DNA of 64,000 bases from Microcoleus sp. (GCA_052279835.1 CP181291.1:6144001-6208000), one strand, 5' to 3'. Shown: positions 39,889 to 50,193, numbered from the stretch's first letter. Numbers and translations are program-made. The notes: a model not told the origin generated them from the sequence alone.

Positions 39889-41300
39889 AGACGGGAATTC
39901 CCCCGCTATAGGTGTACTCACTGTCTTCGGTGGGACGGGCGACTCGTGAGAAGACGATTGCGCCGCTCACCAGATGTGATGCGCAGCCAGCAGTAGATGA
40001 GCGGTGCATGAGGAAGCGAACAAATTCTTTGCATTTTTCTACGATCCTTTATACAATCTTACCAGAGAAGCCGATCGCCGATAATGTATCAAGCCTATAA
40101 GTTCCGAATCTATCCGACCACCGAGCAGCAGACGTATTTTGCGGGTGCTTTCGGTTGTTGTCGTTGGTTCTGGAATTATAGTTTGAATCTGTGTCAGCAA
40201 ACCTATAAAGATACGGGCAAAGGGTTAAACAGAAGTGTAATTCAAGAATTACTCCCAAATCTCAAAAAAGAGTACCCTTGGTTGACAAATGCTTATTCTC
40301 AATCACTCCAAGTAGTCGCACTAAACCTGTCTAATGCTTACAAGAACTTCTTCGACAAACGCGGTGGTTTTCCTCGCTTCAAGTCGAAGCATGGTAGACA
40401 GTCTATTAGTTATCCTCAGAATGTCAAAGTAGGTACAAGTTCTATCAAATTACCTATCATTGGCGAGGTGCATTGCATAATCCACAGAACATTAGATGGC
40501 ACTGTCAAAACCGTTACTATTTCCCAAAATACTGATGGTAAATACTATGCCTCGCTCTTGGTTGAGGATGGACGAAAAACACCGGAAAGTGATACTAATG
40601 GCAAGGCTATTGGTTTAGATGTTGGTCTGATAGACTTGGTTGTAACCAGTGATGGTAGTAAGTATGGGAATCCTAAGCACCTCAAGAAGCATAGCCGCAA
40701 TCTAAAGCGTAAGCAACAAAAACTAAGTCGTAAACAAAAAGGGAGTAAGACAAGATATAAGGCTAAACGATTATTAGCCAGAGTTCATTCAAAAATCCCA
40801 AGAGTCCGGGTCGATTTTCTACACAAACTATCCCGCAAGATAGTGGACGAAAACCAAGTCATTGCCGTAGAAAATCTGAATGTCAAAGGCATGGTACGTA
40901 ATCCTTGTCTAGCTAAAGCGATTAGTGATGCTGGATGGGGGATGTTTGGGACAATACTCAAGTATAAAGCTGAGAAATTAGGAAAAATCTACATTGAGAT
41001 AGACCGCTTTTTCCCTAGCTCCAAGACTTGTAATAATTGTCTCTACAAAGTATCGGAAATGCCCTTGAACCTGCGTCATTGGGATTGCCCTGAGTGTCAT
41101 AGTCGCAATGATAGAGATATCAATGCGGCAAGGAATATCAGGGATGAAGCCTTGCGGATTCTTGCATTAGGAACTAGTGCTGCTGCCAATGGACGGAATG
41201 TAAGTCAACCTGGTAAGACTTCGGTCTTGCTAGATGCTATTCCGGTTGAAGTTGGAAGCCCCCGTCATAGCGTACTCGCGCGGGCAGGTGGGTAGTTCAC
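39889..41300 (+). mobile_element. Second IS200/IS605-family tnpB-only element (left boundary approximate)
   Basis: Right end GGAAGCCCCCGTCATAGCGTACTC..GGGTAGTTCAC; a similar GGAATTCCCCCGCTATAGGTGTACTC occurs at about 39894. Confidence 0.7.
40084..41295 (+). CDS. tnpB: RNA-guided endonuclease TnpB
   Basis: AYKFRIYPT HTH, GFPRFKSK, IGLDVGL, AVENL, CNNC..CPEC, DRDINAARNI. Confidence 0.95.
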   Translation: MYQAYKFRIYPTTEQQTYFAGAFGCCRWFWNYSLNLCQQTYKDTGKGLNRSVIQELLPNLKKEYPWLTNAYSQSLQVVALNLSNAYKNFFDKRGGFPRFKSKHGRQSISYPQNVKVGTSSIKLPIIGEVHCIIHRTLDGTVKTVTISQNTDGKYYASLLVEDGRKTPESDTNGKAIGLDVGLIDLVVTSDGSKYGNPKHLKKHSRNLKRKQQKLSRKQKGSKTRYKAKRLLARVHSKIPRVRVDFLHKLSRKIVDENQVIAVENLNVKGMVRNPCLAKAISDAGWGMFGTILKYKAEKLGKIYIEIDRFFPSSKTCNNCLYKVSEMPLNLRHWDCPECHSRNDRDINAARNIRDEALRILALGTSAAANGRNVSQPGKTSVLLDAIPVEVGSPRHSVLARAGG

Positions 41301-41369
41301 AATCATCCTGTAGAAGTAAGCTAAAAGTCTCAGGGTTTTCGACAGCTCGCGAATTAGAAAAAAAAAACT

Positions 41370-42605
41370 ATGTCTCAAAATGTCACCGCAAAAAAGATGG
41401 GTGTGGAATCAGCCCAAGACCCGATCGCCGTAGTGGCGACAGTGGAAACAGTCACCGCCGAAACAGTGGCGGTAGAATCCTACGCCGATAGGTTGATGGA
41501 TGAACTGTTTGAAGGGGTCGATCGAGCATTTGATGCAAGTGGCGGACTCCCCACAGAGCCAGTACAGCCAGAAATTATTACCCTCAAGTCGATATCGGTA
41601 CCTCAAATAGTGCTGTCGCCACCGCCAGCCATGGGCTACCAGCGCTCAGAAAAAGATGTCGCAGCGATCGCCCGCCGAGTCGCCCTAGAAACAACCAAAA
41701 AACATCAGTCCAAACAATCTTTTGATAAAATGCTGCTGGGAGCAGCCTTTGGTTCCCTGATGTTAGTCTTGGGGTTGTGGTTGGCAAGTCGATCGGGACT
41801 GGTGCGCTTACCAGCGGCCACGAACACAAGTACCACGCCGACAGCTACCACAAAAACAGCGCCAGACACGGAGTTTTCGGAATACGTGCAGCGATCACTA
41901 GAGGCGATCGAACAAAAAAAATCACCCCAGGCCAACGTCCAACTTCCAGGAGTACCCGGAGTCGCCCCCGCAGGGACACTGCCGAACATTTCTATTTCCG
42001 GCGCGCCACCAGCTACGGCCGGTCTTTCCACAGCAGTTAACCGCGTCGCTGAGGCGATCGAGCAAGCCGCCGCCCAACAACCAGGAGTACCCACGCCCCA
42101 AGTAGTGATTGTCCCGCCAGCAAACACAACGGTGACAAACCCACTTCCGGCCCCAACCGTCGCAGTTTCTCCTTCAGCTAACCCTCCCTCCTCTGGGAGA
42201 GCGATCGCTGTTGCCGGTAGCACCAGCCCCAGCACCAGCCCCGTCGCCACTTCCCCTTCCCCCTCCACATCTCCCGAACCGAAAATTTCGGCTCGCGAAG
42301 AACCAGCAGCCCCATCAGCAGCGGCAGCCCCATCAGCAGCATCAGTCCAGCCAGCAGCACCTCCGCCACAACCAGCGACACCAAGTGTCAGCACCACGCC
42401 CACAGCGGCTCACACCCTGGTAGGGATTTTGGAATTGGGCGATCGCTCGGCTGCTTTATTTGAAGTAGATGGCGTAGCCCGCAGAATTTATGTCGGCGAA
42501 AGCATAGGCGCGAGTGGTTGGACTTTGGCAGAAATTAAAAATCAAGAAGCAGTGATCCGCAAAGGAGGAGATGTGCGATCGGTGTTTGTCGGTCAGAAGT
42601 TTTAA
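41370..42605 (+). CDS. Conserved cyanobacterial membrane-anchored Pro/Ala-rich protein
   Basis: YADRLMDELF, single TM, Pro-rich linker, C-terminal HTLVGILELGDRSAALF..GESIGASGW domain. Confidence 0.75.
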   Translation: MSQNVTAKKMGVESAQDPIAVVATVETVTAETVAVESYADRLMDELFEGVDRAFDASGGLPTEPVQPEIITLKSISVPQIVLSPPPAMGYQRSEKDVAAIARRVALETTKKHQSKQSFDKMLLGAAFGSLMLVLGLWLASRSGLVRLPAATNTSTTPTATTKTAPDTEFSEYVQRSLEAIEQKKSPQANVQLPGVPGVAPAGTLPNISISGAPPATAGLSTAVNRVAEAIEQAAAQQPGVPTPQVVIVPPANTTVTNPLPAPTVAVSPSANPPSSGRAIAVAGSTSPSTSPVATSPSPSTSPEPKISAREEPAAPSAAAAPSAASVQPAAPPPQPATPSVSTTPTAAHTLVGILELGDRSAALFEVDGVARRIYVGESIGASGWTLAEIKNQEAVIRKGGDVRSVFVGQKF

Positions 42606-42687
42606 TTAGTTAGTTGTTAGTAGTTAATTGTTATTGGTTATTGGCGGCTCCAATAACCAATAACTAATAAAATAGGAAGAGTAAACA

Positions 42688-43275
42688 ATGGGCTTATTTG
42701 ACGATGTTAGTAGATTTCTAGAAACAAAATTAGAAGAATTCTTACGCAGCAATCCACATCTGGAATTGCAAGCAATAGAAGAACAACTCAAAGAACAAGA
42801 AGAAGACACCCTGCGACTAATTCTCGAAATCCAAAAACAAGAGAAAACCCTGCAAGCAGAAATTCTGTCAACAGCCGAAGAAATTCAACGCTGGAACGAT
42901 CGCATCAATAAAGCCAAAGCATCTCAAAGGCTCGACCTCGCCCAAGCAGCCCAAGAAAGACAAGCAACTTTACTACGTCAGGGAAATCAGCGCTGGGGTC
43001 AAATGCAAGGCTGCAAAGAACGGATTGAAAAAGCCAAAGAACTTTATCGCCAAATTCAGCTACGGCGAAAAGAAGTGCGAGCAAAAGCAGCCGCAGCAGC
43101 CACTAGCAATGCTGCGAAAACAGCTACCAAAACCGAGCAGAGTTGGGATACAAAGGGTTGGAATCAAAGTTCCAATTATAGCAGTTTTAGTGCCGCCGAC
43201 CCTTTAGAAGAAAAGTTTCAACGCTGGGAAGCAGATGAAGAACTCGATCGCATGAAACGCAATATGAATCGATAA
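42688..43275 (+). CDS. TIGR04376-like PspA-related coiled-coil protein
   Basis: MGLFDDVSRFLETKLEEFLRSNPHLEL..DPLEEKFQRWEADEEL. Confidence 0.8.
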   Translation: MGLFDDVSRFLETKLEEFLRSNPHLELQAIEEQLKEQEEDTLRLILEIQKQEKTLQAEILSTAEEIQRWNDRINKAKASQRLDLAQAAQERQATLLRQGNQRWGQMQGCKERIEKAKELYRQIQLRRKEVRAKAAAAATSNAAKTATKTEQSWDTKGWNQSSNYSSFSAADPLEEKFQRWEADEELDRMKRNMNR

Positions 43276-43375
43276 TTTATAATCAATCTCAAATCTCTCA
43301 TCTCTTCTCTTTTCTGACTCTGCGCCCTCTGCGCCCTCTGCGGTTCAATTATTCCTAACCACATAAATCAAATCC

Positions 43376-44437
43376 ATGACTACTCAAAAATCCCTAGTTT
43401 CCCCCGTCACCTGGCTCGAAGACCGAGTTATACTAATTGACCAAAACCGACTTCCCCAGGAATACAGCACAGTCGAAATTAGCCGCTGCGACGACATGGC
43501 CGAGGCGATTAAAACCATGATAGTTCGCGGTGCTCCGGCGATCGGGGTAGCAGCAGCTTACGGAATGTATTTGGGTGCGAGGGAAATCGAAACGGGCGAT
43601 CGCACTGAATTTTTAACTCAACTAGAAAAAGTCGGCGATTTACTGCGATCGACCCGTCCCACTGCGGTGAATTTATTTTGGGCAATATCGCGAATGCTCA
43701 AAACAGCCGATCGAACTAGCGGTTCCGTCGAACAAATCCAAAAAACTTTGCTAGAAATGGCTAAAACCATTCAAGCAGAAGACTTGCAAACCTGTAAAGA
43801 TATCGGCGACAAAGGTTTAGAAGTTCTCCCAGCTACACCCGAAAAATTAACATTACTAACTCACTGCAACGCCGGTGGTTTAGCAACTGCGGGCTACGGT
43901 ACAGCTTTAGGTGTCATTCGTTCAGCTTGGCGAGAAGGCAGACTCGGCAGAGTTTTTGCCGACGAAACACGTCCCCGTCTCCAAGGCGCAAAACTGACAA
44001 CTTGGGAATGCGTCCAAGAAGGAATTCCCGTCACCTTAATCGCCGACAATATGGCCGCCCACTGCATGAAACAAGGCATGATTCACGCCGTAGTTGTCGG
44101 TGCAGATAGGATTGCTGCTAATGGTGATGCAGCCAACAAAATTGGCACCTACAGTTTAGCAATTATTGCCAAAGCTCACAACGTTCCTTTCTTTGTAGCC
44201 GCGCCTCTTTCTACCATTGATTTTGAACTTTCTGACGGGAGTCAGATTCCCATTGAAGAACGCGATCCCATTGAAATGTATCAAGTTGGCACTACCCGGA
44301 TTTGTCCTGTGGGAGTCGAATTTTACAATCCCGCTTTTGACGTAACTCCTGCGGAACTAATCTCAGGAATTATTACAGAATATGGCACTGTTGCTCCTGC
44401 ACAATTGAAACAGTTTAAGTCCAAACAATTAGTTTAA
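43376..44437 (+). CDS. mtnA: S-methyl-5-thioribose-1-phosphate isomerase
   Basis: [51 protein letters not shown]. Confidence 0.96.
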   Translation: MTTQKSLVSPVTWLEDRVILIDQNRLPQEYSTVEISRCDDMAEAIKTMIVRGAPAIGVAAAYGMYLGAREIETGDRTEFLTQLEKVGDLLRSTRPTAVNLFWAISRMLKTADRTSGSVEQIQKTLLEMAKTIQAEDLQTCKDIGDKGLEVLPATPEKLTLLTHCNAGGLATAGYGTALGVIRSAWREGRLGRVFADETRPRLQGAKLTTWECVQEGIPVTLIADNMAAHCMKQGMIHAVVVGADRIAANGDAANKIGTYSLAIIAKAHNVPFFVAAPLSTIDFELSDGSQIPIEERDPIEMYQVGTTRICPVGVEFYNPAFDVTPAELISGIITEYGTVAPAQLKQFKSKQLV

Positions 44438-44441
44438 GACT

Positions 44442-44942
44442 ATGTTACCAAACCGCTTAATTCAACAGGTATCTCTGAAAATAAGCCGGATTTATAGCTA
44501 CCAAAACTGGCAGATTGGAGCGATTTTAACAACTCTAACTCTGCCCGTTTTTTTCTGTACAGCCTCGGAAGCTCAATCATCAAAAACGGTGAAAGCTAAG
44601 GAAGCAGAAGGCAAACAATACGTTATTTCCATGAATAAAGCTCAGCAAGCTTACTATGCACAAAATACCGGATTTACAAGTTCCATTGCCAATTTAGGCT
44701 TGGGGATAAAACCTGAAAGTACCAATTACAAATATTCCATTAGTACGGGAAACAAAGCTGTATTTAATTATGGAGTTTCCCAACAACCAAATCTCAAAAG
44801 TTTTGTGGGAGGAGTGTTTTTGGTGGGAAATACTACCCAAACAATCCTGTGTCAAACTGCTGCTGCTAGCACGACGAAACCCGCTAATCCTATAAATACC
44901 AATGGAAAGTTAGCCTGCGCTGCTGGAACGGCTAAGATTTAG
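44442..44942 (+). CDS. Type IV pilin-like G/H-family protein
   Basis: KAKEAEGKQYV.SMNKAQQAYY, LGLGI..ESTNYKY, LKSFVGGV, ILCQ; no GFTLIE prepilin motif. Confidence 0.8.
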   Translation: MLPNRLIQQVSLKISRIYSYQNWQIGAILTTLTLPVFFCTASEAQSSKTVKAKEAEGKQYVISMNKAQQAYYAQNTGFTSSIANLGLGIKPESTNYKYSISTGNKAVFNYGVSQQPNLKSFVGGVFLVGNTTQTILCQTAAASTTKPANPINTNGKLACAAGTAKI

Positions 44943-44956
44943 AGATAAATCACGTC

Positions 44957-45020
44957 CGATCGATAGCTGCGCCGGATATTGAGGGTCGATATTTTCATCT
45001 AATAGGTATTTAACAGTCAT
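44957..45020 (-). pseudogene. 5' remnant of a DUF5615 PIN-like toxin gene
   Basis: MTVKYLLDENIDPQYPAQL, TGATG-coupled to DUF433; homology ends near CGATCG at 44957-44962. Confidence 0.7.
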
Positions 45021-45361
45021 CAATAAACTCGATCTAGTTGTTGAGATTTCTGATTTTGCTCTTTAATCTGACGCATTTTCAAGACAAAGGGAGATGGATT
45101 GCGATCGTATTCAGCTTCAGCTTTGAGGCAATATTCTAACCAATCTCCTACATATTTCCCTACAGTTTTTGTATTTTCCAGATAGTAGAGAATCGTAGCA
45201 TAAACTTGAGCCATAGTCACTGTCCGAAATTTTTGAGCTATGGCTTCTGGAGTTTGGCCGCAGTGGATGTATTCGTAGAGAATGTGTTCGATACCGACGC
45301 GAGTTCCTTTGATGCGGATATCTTCTGGTGTTAAAAATTCAAAGTAATCTTCTAATTGCAT
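45020..45361 (-). CDS. DUF433 antitoxin-like protein
   Basis: DIRIKGTRVGIEHIL, TPEAI..F.TVT.AQVYATILYY. Confidence 0.88.
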   Translation of the reverse strand: MQLEDYFEFLTPEDIRIKGTRVGIEHILYEYIHCGQTPEAIAQKFRTVTMAQVYATILYYLENTKTVGKYVGDWLEYCLKAEAEYDRNPSPFVLKMRQIKEQNQKSQQLDRVY

Positions 45362-45465
45362 GATTGTTGTTCATTTTCAATGTGAGTTTTGAGTGTATAC
45401 TGAGTTTAGCATATCAGCTACATTATATACTATAATAGCATTAAACGAATTCAGGAAACATTTCC

Positions 45466-45945
45466 ATGAACAGGCAAAAAATACTCCTAGATCCGGTTTT
45501 ACCGACAGAAGAAGAAACAATAGCTATCAAGTTGTTGGATAAAATGTTAAGCATCAAGACAGAAAATGGTAATTCTGAGACATTACAAGTAAAACTTTTG
45601 GAAGTTGACGGGGAAGAAATCGCACTTCCTGAATCTCTATATCAATTGTTGTGTCAAGCGGCACATTTGATGGCGACTGGTAAAGCAGTGTCTTTAGTGC
45701 CAATTGAGCAAGATATGACTGTTGAAGAAACTGCGAGTTTGCTGAATGTGTCGCCAGAATTTGTGGTGAAATTACTCGATAACGGGGAAATTGCCTATGG
45801 AAAAGTAGGAAACCAGCGGCGGATAAGTTTGGTAAGTGCGATCGCATATAAACAGCAGCGTAGTGTTAAGCGCCGTGAAATTCTCAAGGAATTAGCTCAG
45901 TTTAGCCAAGAAGAGGAATTGCATGAGACTAGAGTATACAGCTAG
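45466..45945 (+). CDS. Excisionase-like HTH protein (putative antitoxin)
   Basis: IALPESLYQLL, MTVEETASLLNVSPEFVVKLLDNGEI..KVGNQRRI. Confidence 0.85.
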   Translation: MNRQKILLDPVLPTEEETIAIKLLDKMLSIKTENGNSETLQVKLLEVDGEEIALPESLYQLLCQAAHLMATGKAVSLVPIEQDMTVEETASLLNVSPEFVVKLLDNGEIAYGKVGNQRRISLVSAIAYKQQRSVKRREILKELAQFSQEEELHETRVYS

Positions 45946-46513
45946 CAAGTTGATTCCTTATCCTGTTGTTTTGGATTCCTGCGTGATATTTCCTATGCAC
46001 TTACGAGATACGCTCTTTCGTGCTGCGGAGATTGGGTTGTATGATTTATATTGGTCGCAAGAAATTTTAGACGGTGCAACTCGCAATCTTGTTAATACTG
46101 GAAGGATGAAAAGTGAGAGGGCGGCGCGTTTTGAGGCTGCACTTAAGGCAGCTTTTCCTAATGCAATGGTTGAAGTTCCAGAGAATTTGATTCAACAGAT
46201 GACTAACGATCCAGGCGATCGTCATGTGGCTGCGGCTGCGGTTGTTGCTAAAGCTGAAGTTATTGTTACATCCAACCTGAGAGATTTTCCACGAGAGTCT
46301 TTAAATCCTTGGGGAATTACGGCTTTGCACCCCGATGTTTTTCTGAATCGTCTTTATGAGGTTGCACCGGATTTGATGGCTAATGTAGTCAGCAAACAAG
46401 TTAAGGATTTGAAAAATCCACCCCTGACTGTTGATGAATTACTTGTCAGGTTGAGGGAAGAAGTTCCGGTTTTTGCAGATAAGATTCAACGTTATTATGA
46501 GAATATTTCGTAA
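45923..46513 (+). CDS. PIN-domain protein (putative toxin)
   Basis: VVLDSCV, WSQEILD, DPGDRHV.AAA, IVTSNLRDFP. Confidence 0.88.
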   Translation: MRLEYTASKLIPYPVVLDSCVIFPMHLRDTLFRAAEIGLYDLYWSQEILDGATRNLVNTGRMKSERAARFEAALKAAFPNAMVEVPENLIQQMTNDPGDRHVAAAAVVAKAEVIVTSNLRDFPRESLNPWGITALHPDVFLNRLYEVAPDLMANVVSKQVKDLKNPPLTVDELLVRLREEVPVFADKIQRYYENIS

Positions 46514-46681
46514 TTTGTAGTTAAGGGCGATCGGAATTTGGTACATACTGAGTGTAGCACGTTAGTTACTGCAACTTCGCCCAGTCCGGCAGGGAATTAA
46601 TTCCCTGGCCGTTTTCGGGAATACGTTAGTTAGCTGATGTAGAAAATTTCAACTTATTTAGAACTTGCGTGTCGAGACCAA

Positions 46682-46747
46682 AGAAACCGGGTTTTTAGCA
46701 GTTTTTACGGTCTTTAAGGAAGTATTGTCGAAAAAAACCCGGTTTCT
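46682..46747. repeat. Palindromic dispersed repeat (AGAAACCGGG family)
   Basis: Same TIRs as 7312-7375. Confidence 0.8.
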
Positions 46748-46814
46748 GACTCCCCGTAAGTCCTATTATTATCGCTGTTGTTGTCTATCAAAATTTTATC
46801 GAGGATTCAGTACC

Positions 46815-47429
46815 GTGAGCAATAATGGAAATTTCTTTAACGTCGCAAACCTGACTATCGGTGTATTAGGTTTGTTAGCGGCGGTTGGCGGTGCGGGAAT
46901 TGCTATTGTTCAAGGTTGGCCGCCCCTGTTGTTTGGAAAAGATGCTCGTTTTTCCTGCCAAAATCAGCCTGATACTCAGCGAGGTAGTGAAGTTTGGACT
47001 GTCATGTACCGTCATGATAAAGGTCAACAACCTTGGCTGAAAATGGTGACAACTTTAGGCGGTGATTATACGCCTCTAAAACGCTGCGAAGAAATTTCTG
47101 AACGATTGAACGGTTATCGCAAAGATGGTTTGATTCGGTTAGCTTATAGAGACGATCCTAAGACTCCGAATCAATACGTGATTTGTGCGAAAACTAAGTT
47201 GAGTGGCGAAGGTTGTCCGCTGTTGGTGACGTTGAAGCCCGGTAGCGAAACAGAGGCTTATAACGCAATGCGAGATATGACTGAAAATTTGCTGACTGGT
47301 ACTGGGGTTTATCAAAATAGCGATGGTAAGTTGGCAACTTCTAAGTTTTCTCCGTCTTCGCCAGAGATTGATTTAACTCCTTTTTTGGCAGAGGAGGATC
47401 GGATTGCTGGATCTAATTCTGCTAAGTGA
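46815..47429 (+). CDS. COP23-domain protein
   Basis: N-terminal TM, RFSC, GGDYTPLKRCEEISERL, YVICA, CPLLVTLKPG; GTG start 46815 chosen. Confidence 0.8.
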   Translation: MSNNGNFFNVANLTIGVLGLLAAVGGAGIAIVQGWPPLLFGKDARFSCQNQPDTQRGSEVWTVMYRHDKGQQPWLKMVTTLGGDYTPLKRCEEISERLNGYRKDGLIRLAYRDDPKTPNQYVICAKTKLSGEGCPLLVTLKPGSETEAYNAMRDMTENLLTGTGVYQNSDGKLATSKFSPSSPEIDLTPFLAEEDRIAGSNSAK

Positions 47430-47461
47430 TATTAAATTTATAGGAATCACGCATGGGGCTC

Positions 47462-47526
47462 AGAAACCGGGTTTTTTACGAAAATACTTCGTTACATCCC
47501 GCAGATTCGGAAAAAACCCGGTTTCT
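47462..47526. repeat. Palindromic dispersed repeat (AGAAACCGGG family)
   Basis: Same TIRs and a similar interior to 7312-7375. Confidence 0.8.
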
Positions 47527-47720
47527 TTGGTCGGAATGCGTAAGTCTTGATTCATTGAAAAGTTTGTTTTGGCTAATTGTTATAACACTCAAGTTGCTGG
47601 CAACATCCTGGCTGGAAAGTCGCAGTGCCAGGTATCGGAAACCCAGACACCGCATGACTTCGTGGATTTTGATTATACCACAATTCTTAATAAAAATTTG
47701 AAGCCTTTATAGGTTATTAT

Positions 47721-48863
47721 TTACAAGTTTGTGCATGAGAGGGGTGCAGTAAGAAACTTATTGTTTTCCCCCACCAACAACGCCCACCCCATCCACCCAG
47801 ATCTCCGCAACGCAGGGAGGTGAGCTTTGGGTGCATTAGTATTAAAAGTAAGTTTTCCATATTCAAGCCATTCTTTCTCTCCTTTCTTTGTCCAGCCGAT
47901 TGCCTCACCAAAAGCTGACCAGACTTTACTATCATACTCTTTAGTGCCGCCCAGACTTTGATAAATGCGCTTCTGCACAGAAAAGCCGAAGTGCCCATTA
48001 CTGTATTTTACCCAAAGTGTATCGATCAACCGCAAATCTAGGCACGACAACTTGTGGAAATCGCTCTCCTCTAGACCAAGTTCTCTTAGTTTTCCCGCCG
48101 CTTCAAACCTTTTGTTAGCTGTTTCTACATCTGCTTCCTTCCACTTCCCAGCCTCCAATAACTCTTCCAGTTTAGTATAGTCTATCTCGTCTACATAATC
48201 TGCCTTAGCAAGGGGTTGATTTTCCCAAGACTGATTTGCCAGATAAGTTTTAATCGGAATTCCCCTCGGCAATTTATCCTTCGCCTGCCCGTGAACTGCA
48301 ACCACTTTACCGCTAGCATCTAAAACAGGTGCACCACTTATGCCAGCAGAAACTTGAGCTGTATAGTTGATTCCATATCCCTCCGGCAACACAACATTAA
48401 TCCTCGATACTGAACCTTCCAAAAATTCCGGCGCTAAATCTTCATTTTTAACAACAGGAAAACCAGAAATATAGATTTTATGTCCTAATTTAAGCTCGTT
48501 AGAATCACCAAAATTGACACTCGGATAAGGACAATTTTCCCCGGCAGACTTAAACGTCACCACGGCTAAATCGAAATTGGGACTTGTTTGAATACTGTCA
48601 GTTGTATGACTTTGTTTATCCTGATAAGTTTGCAGTTTCAAACTATAGCCTTTAACCACATGACCGGCCGTGAGAACAGTGCAAACTCCCTTTTTTCCCG
48701 GTACAATAAACCCGGTACCGTGTCCGCCTTGATTTTCGTAGTAAATCAGCACGAGGCTCTTGTTAACTGTTTCAGCAATTTCTTGAGATGACTTCTGCTG
48801 TCCGCAACTTGTTAAGGAGAGTCCGATGAGGGTGAAAATTAGCCAGCAAGAGCGCAATTTCAT
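47721..48863 (-). CDS. Lipoprotein trypsin-like serine protease fused to a GUN4 domain
   Basis: Lipobox LTSC; VLTAGHV, DLAV, GISGAPV; GUN4 DYTKLEELL.AGKWKEAD.ET, LWVKYSNGHFGFSVQK. Confidence 0.88.
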   Translation of the reverse strand: MKLRSCWLIFTLIGLSLTSCGQQKSSQEIAETVNKSLVLIYYENQGGHGTGFIVPGKKGVCTVLTAGHVVKGYSLKLQTYQDKQSHTTDSIQTSPNFDLAVVTFKSAGENCPYPSVNFGDSNELKLGHKIYISGFPVVKNEDLAPEFLEGSVSRINVVLPEGYGINYTAQVSAGISGAPVLDASGKVVAVHGQAKDKLPRGIPIKTYLANQSWENQPLAKADYVDEIDYTKLEELLEAGKWKEADVETANKRFEAAGKLRELGLEESDFHKLSCLDLRLIDTLWVKYSNGHFGFSVQKRIYQSLGGTKEYDSKVWSAFGEAIGWTKKGEKEWLEYGKLTFNTNAPKAHLPALRRSGWMGWALLVGENNKFLTAPLSCTNL

Positions 48864-49065
48864 GAATTTTGCTGAGAGTTTTAGGGAATAAGGGAGTAAA
48901 TGAATAATTTTTACAACAGTGATATGTTGTTTTCCAGGTAGGAGATTAACATCAAAGTATACCATTTTTTTGTCATGGTAGCTACGGGTAAGGAGATGGG
49001 AGCGATCGCACGTAACAAGTTAAGATTAAAAGCCTCTCGATCTCTCGCTGGTAGCCAAGTCTAGA

Positions 49066-49239
49066 TCCCCCTAAATCCCCACCCCCCCCTAGCCCCCCCC
49101 AAGGGGGGAAGGGGGACTTTGACTGCACTCTTGTCCCCCCTGATTGTTGGGGGACTTTGACTGCACTCTTCCCCCTGATTGTTGGGGGACTTTGACTGCA
49201 CTCTTGTCCCCCCCTTCTTAAGGGGGGCTAGGGGGGATC
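49066..49239. repeat. C/G-tract palindromic element with 3 tandem 35-38-bp units
   Basis: GGGGGACTTTGACTGCACTCTT(GT)CCCCC at 49111, 49149 and 49184 within GATCCCCC..GGGGGGATC ends. Confidence 0.85.
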
Positions 49240-49461
49240 GAGATTTTGTGGACTCACAGAAAAACATCGGGCGGGGCGGGTTTACAAGATAATTAGTTTG
49301 AAAAAATTATGGTTGGTAAAACCCGCCCCTAGGAGATTGCAAATTATTCGATCGCGAATCAAGGAAGAAATTGAAGCTGCGATCGCTAGAAATGAAGTAG
49401 CCTAAAACATGGCACGAATTTGCTATAATCTAACTAATATCAGATCCGAACGATCGCACTT

Positions 49462-49809
49462 ATGACTATACAAGAATTAGAAACTCAAGTCTTAACCTTA
49501 AATCCCGTTGATAAAGCTAAACTCATCAGCATTCTAACTCAAACTTTAACCAACGGTTCTCTAGGCATCAAAAAAACTCCCGGTGTGTGTGGCGGCGATG
49601 CTTGTATCGGCAATACTCGCATACCAGTTTGGTCTTTGGTGTGCGATCGACGTCTAGGTGCTTCCGATGGTATCATCCTAGAATCATTTCCCGATCTAAC
49701 CGCCGCTGATTTGGTAAATGCGTGGGCTTATGCTGATGCTTACCCAGAGGAAATTGAACAAACAATTAAAGAAAATGATGAAGTTATGGAAGAAAGCGAG
49801 GTTTATTAA
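49462..49809 (+). CDS. DUF433 antitoxin-like protein
   Basis: IKKTPGVCGGDACIGNTRIPVW, FPDLTAADL. Confidence 0.9.
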   Translation: MTIQELETQVLTLNPVDKAKLISILTQTLTNGSLGIKKTPGVCGGDACIGNTRIPVWSLVCDRRLGASDGIILESFPDLTAADLVNAWAYADAYPEEIEQTIKENDEVMEESEVY

Positions 49810-49812
49810 AAG

Positions 49813-50154
49813 TTGGCACGTTTTTACACAGATGAAAACTTCCCGCTAGCAGTGGTGGAATTACTGCGGGCTTTGGGTCACGATGTATTGACAGCGAGGG
49901 AAGCAGGAAATGCAAATCTTCAAATTCCTGACGAAGATGTGTTAGCTTTTGCTGCTAGCAATGACCGAACAGTTTTGACACGCAATCGCCGTCATTTCAT
50001 GCGCCTGCATCTTCAAAACTCTGACCATTCTGGTATTGTTGTTTGCACGGAAGACCCAAATTTTGAAAGGCTGACGACGCGAATTAATGAGGCTATTTCT
50101 GCTGAGGAAATATTGACGGGCAAATTGATTCGAGTTAACCGTCCTTCGAGGTAA
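49813..50154 (+). CDS. DUF5615 PIN-like toxin
   Basis: FYTDENFP, GHDVLT, PDEDVL, VLTRNRRHF, HSGI. Confidence 0.9.
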   Translation: MARFYTDENFPLAVVELLRALGHDVLTAREAGNANLQIPDEDVLAFAASNDRTVLTRNRRHFMRLHLQNSDHSGIVVCTEDPNFERLTTRINEAISAEEILTGKLIRVNRPSR

Positions 50155-50193
50155 AGAAAAGCTAACCATATAAAATGATTGAGATCGTAAAAA

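Noticed and set aside
19518..41295. Either TnpB as Cas12 or a nuclease-dead TldR
   Set aside because: Both are about 400 aa with IS-type ends, no CRISPR array, and all three RuvC acidic residues
39889..41300. IStron (group I intron-tnpB)
   Set aside because: Leader is only about 195 nt, intron core motifs not recognised, and the insertion is intergenic
41705..42403. 232-aa Gly/Ala-rich antisense ORF
   Set aside because: Mirror of the Pro/Ala-rich linker of 41370-42605
46665..46814. N-terminal extension of the COP23 protein and ORF 47453-47701
   Set aside because: Derived from the AGAAACCGGG palindromic repeat
49111..49215. 35-38-bp repeats as a possible CRISPR array
   Set aside because: Units are directly tandem with no unique spacers and no cas genes are nearby
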